NCBI RefSeq assembly: GCF_964355755.1
Contig: NC_092670.1
Location: 9,476,201-9,540,200 of the forward strand
Direction: 5' to 3'
DNA from: Antedon mediterranea
Taxonomy: Eukaryota; Animalia; Echinodermata
DNA length: 64,000 nt
Shown: positions 1 through 10,863 of the stretch, piece by piece
How positions within the stretch are numbered: the first letter of the stretch is position 1
Layout: every line of letters begins with the position of its first letter
Position numbers and translations under genes: made by a program
The notes under the pieces: generated by a model
Database searches by the model: none
The model's input: only the letters and a program-made list of their open reading frames with translations
Told to the model about the DNA's origin: nothing

Positions 1-334
1 ACTGTCATATAATAATTTTCAACCATAAATTAAAAATAAAATATACATTTTTTAAATGATTTTACAGTACATACACATTTATCATTTTAATTATATTATA
101 TTCATCATGTTGATTTGTTTTTCAAATAAATATTCTACTGTATTTTACACATTTTATCATATTGAAAATGTGATTGCTTAGCAATTACTGTTCTTTGCGT
201 TTTCGATTGTTGTGACCAAATAAAAATGACCAGATATTGAACAAATCAGTATCCTGTTTTTCAGAATTTAAAAAAAGTTAAAAAAAAAAGAAGAAAAGTA
301 TTGTCCGTTTGAGACACAGACATCAAACATCATC

Positions 335-3035
335 ATGACACTAAAGTTAGTAGTATTCATGGCCAGTCTAACAGAATGTCAACAAAAGCAACGCTTCGAT
401 AACGATCTTTATTATATAAGTTTAATAAACGAGGTCGCTATACTGACCTGTGATGGATATCAAGATGAACGCCTGTTTTGGCTGTTTGATATACTTTAGT
501 AACAATCTAACTACACTGATTCAATCTCTGAAAGAATGGTATTATAGATAAGTTTCTGATTGGCATATTGTGGGGAGGGGGTCAGCATATCTACTTCATA
601 TTTATTTTGGATAAGATAAATGACTAATCTAAAAGTATATTTTGTGCCTAGCTTACCTGGATAAACTAACAAGGGCCTTATTCTCTCGGAAGAGCAAAAT
701 ATACTCGAAAAGTAGAAAATTCATTGAACACCCCTCTCCATAAATGATACAGTCCCCAAACCACGTTCTCAATTGGTTTTATATCACATGGCATGCATTA
801 TTTCTACCATTTTAATGATTAGGGCTACTATTGCACTGTCTGGTGAATGTGTGTTCAAATAACTTGGAGAATGGCCATATTGATCTACTTCTCTACATGA
901 CAGAAAAATCAAAGAGCCACTCTTTTCAATGGCCTAACTTCTGATGATCAAGAAAAAAACGCAGTGAATTAATCTAATAAAAATTCAAACACTACGTTCG
1001 TTTTAAAATAATAAATGTTTTTATTCATTTAAATTTGACTCTGCATCATTAAACAGTCAAATTCGACTTTCTACATTAACAATAACATTCAGAATTTGTG
1101 TACCAATTTTAATTCATTTAAAGTAAACATACAGTGCTATTGAATTTTCTCTTTCTACTTTTTACTTACAGAAACATTGGGGAACATGGTAATTATCAAA
1201 TGCTATGTTCAAGGTCGTCTTAATAAAATAAATTAGGACGCAACAATCAATACTGCGTACAATAAATATACATTGTACCTTCTTCCACCCAGAAACGAGG
1301 ATGTACTCGAAGACAGACACATTACATGTGACATACAAATTGCGTCCTAGACCCTGTTTCAACATGTCTACACAGCAGGAAGTGAACAAGTTTGGACAAA
1401 ACTGAAGATACAGAACACACGCTCGTTCACACCTCACGTACACGCATTTAAAAATGTTTAATCATTCAGCCCAGAAATTTGGGAAGATAAAAATGATTTA
1501 ATTAATTTGAAGTGCATAAAACACACTATAAGACAAGTTTAATTTAAATTGATGGTTTATGTTTGAAATAAAGCCAACACACGTTACATAAACAGATATT
1601 GTTGACTCATTTGGTCATTATCGTATTTGAAAATTGAACTTAAACATTTACAACACTACATTCAATTTAATTTCATGTGAAGTGAAATGTAATGCTTTCA
1701 AATTTTGCTACTAAACAAAACTATATATTTTTAAAACTTGTTAAAAGAGAATTGTATAAAAGGGAATTTAACAGTTATAATTTGTGCTAGGTAGAATACT
1801 TTGACGACGAATTTCCTGCTTACACCCCACACTCAGAATAATTACATATTTGAACTTTACCAAATTTGTTATGTTATATAGGTGTGCTTGTAAGCTTTAA
1901 CCTGAGGGTGGGTTCCTCTCTGTACAATATAAATATATTCTATTTTATGCTACAAATCTAATGTAACTTAAATTATAATAAAAACAATTTAACTACATAT
2001 AAAATATATGGAAACATTGCTATTTAAAATAACCAACGAAAAATGTATCGTTACTAAGTTGATGATTGTAAAACATTGTACAACATTGACATGGTTGGTC
2101 AAGACAATAAAAAAAGGCGGTGTGAAGACGATAAGAAAAAGCGGTCAAAGTTGACGCATGAACAGGTATGGGGGAGAATTGTTGTAAACAACAAGGGGAC
2201 AGTGATGAGAAGACATTTCTGTTATAATTTGACATACGGTAATTTACTACAAATTTTTTACACATGGTATTTGAAATTGAGTCATATAAGAAGGTCGGAC
2301 ACCAAGCTTTATTTTTTTCCTAATTTTTATCCATCACGAATGGAAAAGTGGTACGATAGGGCGGGTCATTCTAAAAGCTTCTCGGATTGGTTTACACTTC
2401 GATGGGTGTGTAATGCAAAATCGGTGACATCGATTTTCTTTCTTTCAAAATGAGTTGATAAAAAGAGCGATACATAAAATGACCGTAAGTAAAGTTGTTG
2501 TCTATTTTCGTCCATAAGTTCTAAAAGTGTATGTTTGAGAAAGTACTTATAAAGAATAATAATAAATATGTGTTATCCAATATCAACAGTTCCAACAGTT
2601 AAAGAGGAAAATAAACTGAATGAAACAGTGTTATTAACTAGTGAATACAAAAAAAACAATATTTATAGTCAATACATCATCAAGCCATCGAACATTGTAT
2701 ATGTAGATAAAATGCACTTTCCAGGTAAAACAGTGGTATGTTTATTATTTTGGCCGTTATTATACCTACATTAAATAATAAACTATGAACGACAATAATA
2801 TTTTGGCAGGTGTAATTCCAAGTAATGTTTTATAAAGGAAGAAAGAAAACTATAAAATTCAATTTACACAAATGTATATATATTCTCAAACGATTAATTT
2901 GTCAACAAGTTTCAAATTGGAAGAAATTTATAAAGAAAGAAATGATTTCAAATCTCTGGTGGATACAGACAGGCATTTTGATTGTCAGTAGATGAAAGTG
3001 ATTCGAATTCTACAACCATACACATAATTCTAATT
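335..3035 (+). pseudogene. Decayed multi-Ig-domain (V/C2-set-like) type I membrane protein gene
   Basis: Plus-strand translations with stops and frameshifts repeatedly give Ig B/C/F-strand motifs: EVAILTC..LFW, GNMVIIKCYVQG..IN*..TLYLLP..D..ITC, DLINLKC..SYLKI..ISCEV, KGNLTVIIC..YRC, TLTWL..FC, C..IYSQYIIKP..GKTVVC. There is a signal-like start at ATG 335, a phase-1 acceptor at 1171, and TM-like ILAGVIP..RKK near 2800. Confidence 0.55.
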
Positions 3036-3613
3036 ATTAGTCCATGGAATTTTAACAGTCTTTTACGGCAGTTTGTTTTTCTAAACATTTATAATTAGAA
3101 ATTCTTAAACATGATATTCAATTTGAAGAAAATTAAATTTGTGAAAACAGTATATAAAACAAAAATAAAAAACTAATAAATCAGAATTTTGGAACGGATT
3201 TTGAGTTTATAGTGCATATGTTGAAAAAAATGATGGTGGCTATAGTACAGGGTTTTTTACTACAGTAAACAATTTTGCTTAGCAGTTGCAAAACCTAACA
3301 AGTTATTACAAAACCAATAGAATGATTTTCAGTTTAAAGACTTTCAGCACAAATTATAGATTTCACTTAAAAACCAAAATAAATTTAAAAACAAAAACAT
3401 GTTTTTTTTTCTTTTTTGATTCAATTTTTTAAAGTGAATATTTATTACTTGACATTAAAATATTTAACAAAATGGCCTACATATTATTTAATCTTCAGTT
3501 TTCATGTTTTTGGGGGACAATACATCTTTAATAATGCTGTTTGCAATTGTGCAAATTTTTCATTAGGAAAACGGTCACACAAAGAAAAATGTTCCTGACC
3601 AAATAGCACAGAT

Positions 3614-5235
3614 CAGGCCCGTAGCCAGAATGCATCAGAGGGAGGTTTTCTTGACACCAAGTAATTTGCGGGGTCCAGGGGGCGAAGGCCCCTGGAAGCT
3701 TTGGCTCTCGGAGCAATTTCGGTTGTTTTAATAAGCTTACAGAGACATTTTTTACCTATTAAAATCTGAGTTATGCAGAGAAATTATATAGTACAGTATA
3801 TATGGAAGTTAGTAGTACTGATCAGGAAATACAGCTTTATTGTTGCAAAAAAGTATATTATATTAGGTCCTTTAATAATTTCTTATCCTATAAACATAAA
3901 AAACAAATAGTACCGTATATTTCGGTGTACAAGTCGCACCTGTGTATAAGACGCACCCATAACGGAGCCTGAAATATTAGTATTTTTTATGTAGTCGATG
4001 CATAAGACGCACTTATTTCTAGGCCGAAATTCAAACATTTTACAATCAAAACAATGGTATTTTAATAATAAAACAACGATATTTGAGACATATTTATTAG
4101 AATCAAATGATATAATTTTGTTTGATTGCCTTTATTACATGTAATCAGTCTCTACTTCAACTGAACGTTCAATGAAAAGGGAAATCCCCATATTGTTTCA
4201 GTTACAATGCACTGTGTGGGTAGGGCTAGCTTATGTCTATTTAAGTAACTTTAATTTCATATTATTTAAATATATACCTTCTTATTGTGTGTATGACCAT
4301 TATAAAATCAATCCAAATGATGTTCAGTTTTTTGGGCTGATAATGAACCAGGAATATCATGTTGGGTAGGCCTATATGAAAATCTTTCCTATTTCCATGC
4401 ATGCATTACAGCAATATGCTCCTTGCCTGGTGGCGAGCACTGTTGGCCATATACACTATGAGATTAAGGGAAGCTACTTAACACAATAACAACACACTCT
4501 TTTAGATATCACTTGACATACGAACTATTGCCTACATGATTATAAAATTATGTGATTGTTGACATAGAGATGTAATAAAAATAAACCACCGTGATCAAGG
4601 GAAATAGTTATTGTGTAATTAAAATGTGACACCACCGTAATTAATGGACTCTTCCATAAATGTGTTGCGCTGTGATGCTGCATGCTGCTAGAATACACAC
4701 CCGCGAGTTCAGAGAGTATTACTAGGCCTGGGTAGAATATCTAATGCGTACTGTAATATTAATTAATACAGTCAAGGATGACAATTTACCTTAACTAAAA
4801 ATTCAATAAACTTGTTACCACACTGTGGTTAGACAAGAGTAAGTAACTAGCTAGGCCTAAATTGCAGAGTAGTACACTATTTTTAATTAATTTAAGTATT
4901 AGTAGGTAATTAAATTAATTAGGGTAACATTTAGAGGTCAAATTTGCATGTCAAAAGTGCGTCTTATACACCGGCCGAAGCACGCGATTGGTCAGTCCAT
5001 TTTTCTGTCATATTTATAACCATCATCTCTCAACAATCTCTCGATCTCACGCTCAGCAGTGACTTTGACATCGGACAATCTGTATTTTCGATCGATTTAA
5101 ACATAGTCAATAGAAGTAAAATGATGATAATTAATTGCACGATTTTGGAAGTGGGGCCTTTGTTTTTCAAGGGGGGTTCGCTGGTAAAAGGGGGGTTCGC
5201 CCGAAACCCAAAAAACCCCCCTGGCTACGGGCCTG
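3614..5235. mobile_element. Non-autonomous DNA transposon with hAT-like CAGG termini (contains a nested Tc1/mariner-type element)
   Basis: Perfect 15-bp TIR caggcccgtagccag / ctggctacgggcctg, flanked on both sides by CAGAT (3609-3613, 5236-5240). Confidence 0.8.
3913..4973. mobile_element. Tc1/mariner (pogo/Tc2-like) non-autonomous element, right end truncated
   Basis: TA|ccgtatatttcggtgtacaagtcgcac with repeated tataagacgcac subterminal motifs. Inverted copy gtgcgtcttatacaccg at 4957-4973. Confidence 0.7.
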
Positions 5236-5397
5236 CAGATAGGTTTTTTAAAACATATAATACCTAAGCTAAATTAGAAAACTCATAAAATAAAATCTAA
5301 GAAAAGATTGAGTTAAAAAGTTTGTTTTTTCACACACAAATAAAGATAGGTTGCCTAGTGTGTTTTATTTACTACAAAACTGGTTTTTGTCATGAAA

Positions 5398-5437
5398 GAG
5401 TCTGAAGAAGCCACCTTTTAAGTGCGGCCTAGTTCTC
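5398..5437 (+). ncRNA. Degenerate minimal hammerhead ribozyme (GAAA box missing)
   Basis: gag-t-CTGAAGA-a-GCC...GGC-[no GAAA]-ctag-tt-ctc: stems I and II are present but the catalytic GAAA is absent. Confidence 0.3.
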
Positions 5438-6326
5438 ACTCACTAACTACAATGTGTTCATTTTACAGTATCAAATATCTTATTGCACTTAGTTGAAAAA
5501 TGAATAAATAAAAAAATAAAACAACGATAACTACTCTTTCTGGATGACAGGATCCGCTATGTTACGGGTGTGATAGGCTGGAAACGGGTTTAGGGTTCGT
5601 CGATTTGCTCATTGTTGGCACATCAACAGACGGAAAGTACACAAGTAATGTAATATTGCCCTTGACCTTGACGACACCCAATCTCAATGCGTTCTGCAGG
5701 CAACAATCGCTGAACTTGATTGCATGTCGGTAATCGTGTGAATCAGTAGGCAATTTTAGTCGCTTGGCTGAGCAACAACGACTTATCTGCGTACCAAGCG
5801 TGTACTCTGTTTACACGTTCATACCGGTACATACCACAAGGCCAAGAATCAAAGGGATTTATTGTGGGTTTATTCTACAGGTATTTTACAACATAAACAT
5901 ATCTGAACAACTAGGATCTTAACAAAAAAGATTGCTAAGGGCAAAAACAAGCGGGATAATCATTTCTTTAAAAGGTAATAACCGAACAATTACTGAAAAA
6001 TCTTTTATCAGAAGAGAATCAATAAACTTCAAATTAAAATGAAATACAATATCTTAGTCAGCATATGGTATATACTCAATATCATTTACTAATTAATACT
6101 AACCAAAATGCTTATAATAATTGTTTACCAAAACCTGTCTAAATTATGTAGTTCCTTAAATTGACCTTTTCCAATAAACTCCTCTACAACAAATTGATAC
6201 TGATTTAATATAATAATCTAAATTTAAAGAAAAGTATAAAATATTTCAAACAATAAAATACAATCCATTTTTTCTCAAAATCAATAATGTCATAATTAAT
6301 ATGCAAATATTGAATCGGTTATCAGT

Positions 6327-6365
6327 ATTCCTGATGATGATCAAATAAAGATCGAAACGTTGAAT
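6327..6365 (+). ncRNA. Minimal type I hammerhead ribozyme motif (Penelope-associated type)
   Basis: attc-CTGATGA-t-GATC-aaataaa-GATC-GAAA-cg-TT-gaat: complete core, stem I attc/gaat, stem II GATC/GATC, and palindromic ACGT in place of stem III. Confidence 0.7.
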
Positions 6366-6444
6366 CATTATTTGGAGTCAATTTTATACTATGTTATTTA
6401 AACAAATGTTGATGTAATCAAAATTTTTGGAGATGCCAATGTGC

Positions 6445-7030
6445 TGTAGCAACAAAGATGGAAATAGTAGCAACAACATAAAAGTAGCAGCTACATAAGT
6501 GGAAGTATCAACAAGAAAAGCAGAAGTAGTACTAGTAGTAGTAATAAAAAAAAGGAAGTAGAAGCAACAATAGTGGAGGTAGCAAAAAGAACAGTGGAAG
6601 TAGCAAAGAATGTGGAATTAACATCAACAGTGGAAATAACAGATACAAACACTGGAAGAATGGTAGCAGTACCACTTAGTGGAAGTGTCACCAACACTAG
6701 TATAAGTGTTATTGACAAGAATCCAATAGCAACAAAAGTGTAGGTCAACTACAGTAGAAGTAGCATCCACAACAGTGGATGTAGAAGCAAAAACAGTGGA
6801 ACAGCCACACAAAGAATGGAAGCAACAGCAATAGCAAAACTAAGTCATCAACAGTGGAAGTGGAATTAACATGTAGCATCAATTCTAGTAAAAGTAGTAG
6901 CAACAGCAGAAGTACAGTACTAATTAAAACATTGAATGCAAAGCCAATCAAAGTGAATAAGGTAGCAACAAAACTAGAAGTAGTACTAAAACATTAAAAA
7001 TAGCAAAAACAACATTGGAAGTACAGTGGA
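6445..7030. repeat. Degenerate purine-rich minisatellite (unit about ACAGTGGAAGTAGCA[ACA])
   Basis: Recurrent acagtggaagtagca variants. This explains the low-complexity ORFs at 6491-6951. Confidence 0.75.
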
Positions 7031-8109
7031 AGTTAGTACTGTACAATTATTACCAAAATCAGTGATATAGCAAGAATAGAAGAAAGCATGATTGATAGTA
7101 GAAAAAGAAACCAGTTAACTGCAAAATTAAGGGCAATCAACCCATTTAAAAAATATGACCTACAATCAAGTACACAAGTAAAGAAATTAGAGCAACAACA
7201 AATATTGATCTAGATAGGACAACCTTGAGATATTTTAATTATATTACTGTTATTATAACCTGAACTACTGGTTAATTGTTGTACACAGATAAATAAAAGA
7301 TTTGCAACCTATTTAACCTTTTAGTCATATCGGAAAAGTTTAGTTTTGCTTGGATGCTTCAATTTTATAGAAGAAATATTAGCAAATGTCAAAATTATTT
7401 TTTTTTTTTTATGTGGGAAATATTGATTTATAAATACTAGTGCTTAGCAACAAACTTAACAGTTATTATTTTTAGATATGATTATATTGTTATTCAGAAA
7501 GAAGAATATTTGTATGAATAAAATCAGGTCAATGATGATGCTAATTATTTTTCTTTTGTGACATAAACCATTTTATTGTATTCTTTCCCTAACATTATAT
7601 CAATACAATTGAATCAGTAATATTTATTAATTCTAACCTATTCGTCCTCATATTTAAATTTTTTTTCTTCTCCTTGATTTTAATTAAATTCTCTTTCATT
7701 TTATTTTCTTCGTATTTTCTCCTTTTCCATACAGTTTATCCGGTAGAAATATTATTGTATAAAAGCAAAATGAATTATGGTAATCTACACATAATGTAGT
7801 AAATGTATGACATAGGCCTAAATTCAAAACAAAAGTACAACTGCACTTTAAAGGAAATCAATTGGTGGTCTTCAAAATGTAACACAAAGATTGATGTGTC
7901 TGAAGTACGTCTGATCAATACGTCAGGCAGTAACCATTAAAACAACTTCTATAGATGTTATTAATAGAATCTTATATCATAATGCTATAAAGCATGGTTG
8001 TTCTTTATTCTGAAACCATGAATTGGATTGAATTTATACTTTTCTTTTACAGATCCAGAGAGTTAGAAAAAAGTTTCTTTCTTGGTTTCCATACAAAAAA
8101 TGTTATCAA

Positions 8110-8260
8110 TGGGAATCCCACAAACACCAGGAATCAAACACACATCAGGAATTATTCATCAGTTATTTGGAAATCTCATAATCAATCCCACAATCATTGG
8201 GAATCCCACAATCATTGGAAACCAAACATTCATTGGAAATTCTACATCAGGAATCACACA
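8110..8260. repeat. Degenerate about 18-bp tandem repeat (GGAATCCCACAATCATTG)
   Basis: aatcccacaatcattgg occurs twice exactly, plus diverged ggaatc... units. Confidence 0.6.
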
Positions 8261-8467
8261 TAAATAGTTTTATAGTCTGATAGCCTAGATCATAGCCAGA
8301 AGAAGGATCGTCATTTTCAGTTCATCCACTTGGAAATCCATGGTATAGTCCCACCTCCAAAGTTCTAGCACATTTCACGTACAAGGGAGGTGGGCTTAAA
8401 ATATCCGCATCAGTACGGTATATAAATATAAATGATTTGTTTGATTTCTAGTGGCATCATATCTTAC

Positions 8468-8581
8468 CTCCACAAGATGATTATCAGGACCATACAGCTC
8501 CTTGTCGAGTTCAATGACAAGACTCTTGAAAAAAGATGAAAACTTCCTCTTTTGCTTTGAATCATACTTTGGTCCACTAGC
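8468..8581 (-). CDS. SMARCD1: SMARCD1/BAF60-family coding exon ([38 protein letters not shown])
   Basis: Conserved [29 protein letters not shown] motif. Acceptor aaacag, donor gtaaga. 114 nt, phase 0-0. The expected next exon (WHR...) was not found in 1-8467. Confidence 0.97.
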
Positions 8582-8673
8582 CTGTTTACAATTATTAGTC
8601 AAAATAAATTCAAACAAAAATTTAATTTATTTTGCATTCATATGAGTGAATTAAATAAAGGTAAAAAAAATAA

Positions 8674-8853
8674 CAAGCAAGGTGGTCTAACAACAGGACA
8701 CTGAGCTCGGCTTGCTAAGATAGGAACTCGGAACAGTCCTTTGATCTTATGTCTGGCTGCGACAAATACCAACAGCACTGTATTATGGAGATGTGTCGCA
8801 GTCACCCTTTGATATCCGGAGCTAAGAATCCTGTTGTTAGATTGCCTTGGTTG
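8674..8853 (+). other. 180-bp branched fold-back element (candidate structured RNA or unusual insertion) inside the 502-bp SMARCD intron
   Basis: Outer stem caaggtggtctaacaacagga / tcctgttgttagattgccttg, inner agctcgg / ccggagct, and two internal hairpins (taagat..atctta; tggctgcgaca / tgtcgcagtca). Flanked by a degenerate 16-bp direct repeat. Confidence 0.6.
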
Positions 8854-9083
8854 AAGGAAATAATAATAACAAACTTTAAGAAACAAATTTATCCTTGACA
8901 ATCACAACATAATATCCTCGGTTAACGGCCAAAAAAAATGAAGATGAGACCGAGGTAAAATCCTTAAAAGATGGAACTTATTAATTATAAGTTGATATTA
9001 AAATAACATAAACCTATAGATATTAAATATATACAATACAACATAAATAGTTTAGGATATAATACAGAAAAAATATTATTTAC

Positions 9084-9209
9084 ATCATCAAGTAAGCGCC
9101 CTTCAACTCGAAGTTCCCATGATGCAACAGCACCTTCTTCTTCCTCACCGACATCTGGTTTTCCGGGGTAAAACGTGTTGGAGATGAAAACACGCAACTT
9201 CCTTTTTTG
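9084..9209 (-). CDS. SMARCD1: SMARCD1/BAF60-family coding exon ([42 protein letters not shown])
   Basis: Conserved QKRKLR.FISNTF and [12 protein letters not shown] motifs. Acceptor ttttcag, donor gtaaat. 126 nt, phase 0-0. Confidence 0.97.
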
Positions 9210-9432
9210 CTGAAAATAAAAAAATGATCAAGATGTAGACAACAACAAAAAATTCATTTCAGACAAATACCACATTCAGTTCTGCATTTAATATACAATT
9301 TTTGTTTACAATTTACTTTTGGACTCCACATAATGTTTTCGTATTGGCTAGTCCATTTTTTCAACAGAAATTGTCATACATGATCGCTTTAATTTTTACA
9401 CACAATTTTACAACAATATTATGTGTTAAAAC

Positions 9433-9609
9433 TATTGATGGCCAGTAACATTGAATTCGGGCCAGTATGAAAACCGATTCACTGGCCGGATGGGATAGTT
9501 AAAAATAACCTAAATTATTGATGGCCAGTAACATTGAATTCGGGCCAGTATGAAAACCGATTCAGTGGCCGGATGGGATAGTTAAAAATAACCTTAACGA
9601 CGACCCTTG
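9433..9609. repeat. 83-bp tandem duplication ending in a probable hAT-type terminus
   Basis: tattgatggccagtaacattgaattcgggccagt...aaaaataacct at 9433 and 9516, followed by aacgacgacccttg and a (TA)n run. Confidence 0.7.
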
Positions 9610-9965
9610 ATATATATATATATGTTTGACAGATCTAACATAAACACTTCAATAAATGTTAAAACGAGATAAGCATTAACATGCGTGTATTACATGGACT
9701 GTTTGCTTATAATTTACTTATAGTTTCCTTGACGTAGGTTGTACCTTTCAAGTTTATTTCAATAACCGGGGCCGCAATACACTAAGGTACTTGTGCAACC
9801 TACTATTAAGTCAAAATAACTTTATTTTCTAATTCGCATGATAATAAATTGAAAGAAGAAACTGTCTAATTTATTGCTATAAATAATGTAAAACATGTAA
9901 TTTGACTGTTAATTTCCAAATTCATTTTTAAATAAATATTTGTTAAAGTATTAACATTTAATATA

Positions 9966-10863
9966 TTAATATATTACATAGCCTATGTAAATACGCGAAC
10001 GCGATTGGTTGAAACTGCATCACATGACTACCGCTGCGAGGATCGTAAATCGTATATATCCTTGAGAACGATGATATTGACTGTGTAATTTTCGCGTAAT
10101 TATCGTGTCCCCTGTCATTAAACATAAACATTCTCGAGTTCGATGATATTGACTGTGTAATTTTCGTGTGGCAACACTCGCGTTTGCCGATAAATAAACA
10201 AAAGTCATCTACTCGATTCAACCGCTGCACCACGGAAGTTGCTTGAAGAAATTAATCTTCTAAACGATTTAAGCTATGCATACATAGCGCCCTCATTTGT
10301 TATTAGTCCACCCTAAATGTGATGAAACACAGTTTGTGATTGGTCAATACTCACGGTAGTAACCTAGTAACTAGTACGCGCTGAACATCCGGTGATTCGG
10401 CTCCTCGAAGAGAAGAAGACGAATTGTTTATTCGGCCTACCTGATTATAATATTATTATTAATAGGCTTATTGATGGAAACGACCTAGGCCTAAGTGAAT
10501 ATTTTATTGCCAAGGAATCATTAATTAGTAATTATCTGTATATTTTTCTTCGCAAGGTAAGGTGTCTAGGCAGGCTTGTTTAAGTACAATACAAATACTA
10601 TAGGAGGCCTTGCCTAGCCTAGCTTCACCCACCAGCAGACTTGTTCTTGGCTATATAATATTATAATATAACAGATATTGCCTTTTATATCGGTTAAATA
10701 TAAGATTTGACATCCCCTCGGGAATGATATTAAGTTCTCGGGGAATATATATTTCCCTCAGCTGGCGCTTCGGGAAATATATATTCCCTCGAACTTAATA
10801 TCATTCCCTCGGGGATGTCAAATCTTATATTTAACCTCTAAACAGTCAATATCTGTATAATAG
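9966..10863. mobile_element. Crypton-like non-autonomous element with a terminal 190-bp palindrome
   Basis: CpG-rich body with an internal duplication (cgatgatattgactgtgtaattttcg x2). Near-perfect inverted repeat 10667-10860 (ggttaaatataagatttgacatcccc / ggggatgtcaaatcttatatttaacc). The family assignment is from recalled resemblance only. Confidence 0.5.

Noticed and set aside
652-760. Next SMARCD exon (cag|gtaagc donor at 652-656)
   Set aside because: The upstream sequence does not encode the expected WHR...LDYQ exon.
5562-5830. GC-richer minus-strand ORF fragment (possible viral or TE cargo)
   Set aside because: No recognisable motif, an internal stop near the start, and nothing to assign it to.
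6491-6951. Mucin-like or poly-Leu ORFs
   Set aside because: By-products of a degenerate minisatellite; frames are interrupted and there are no splice signals.
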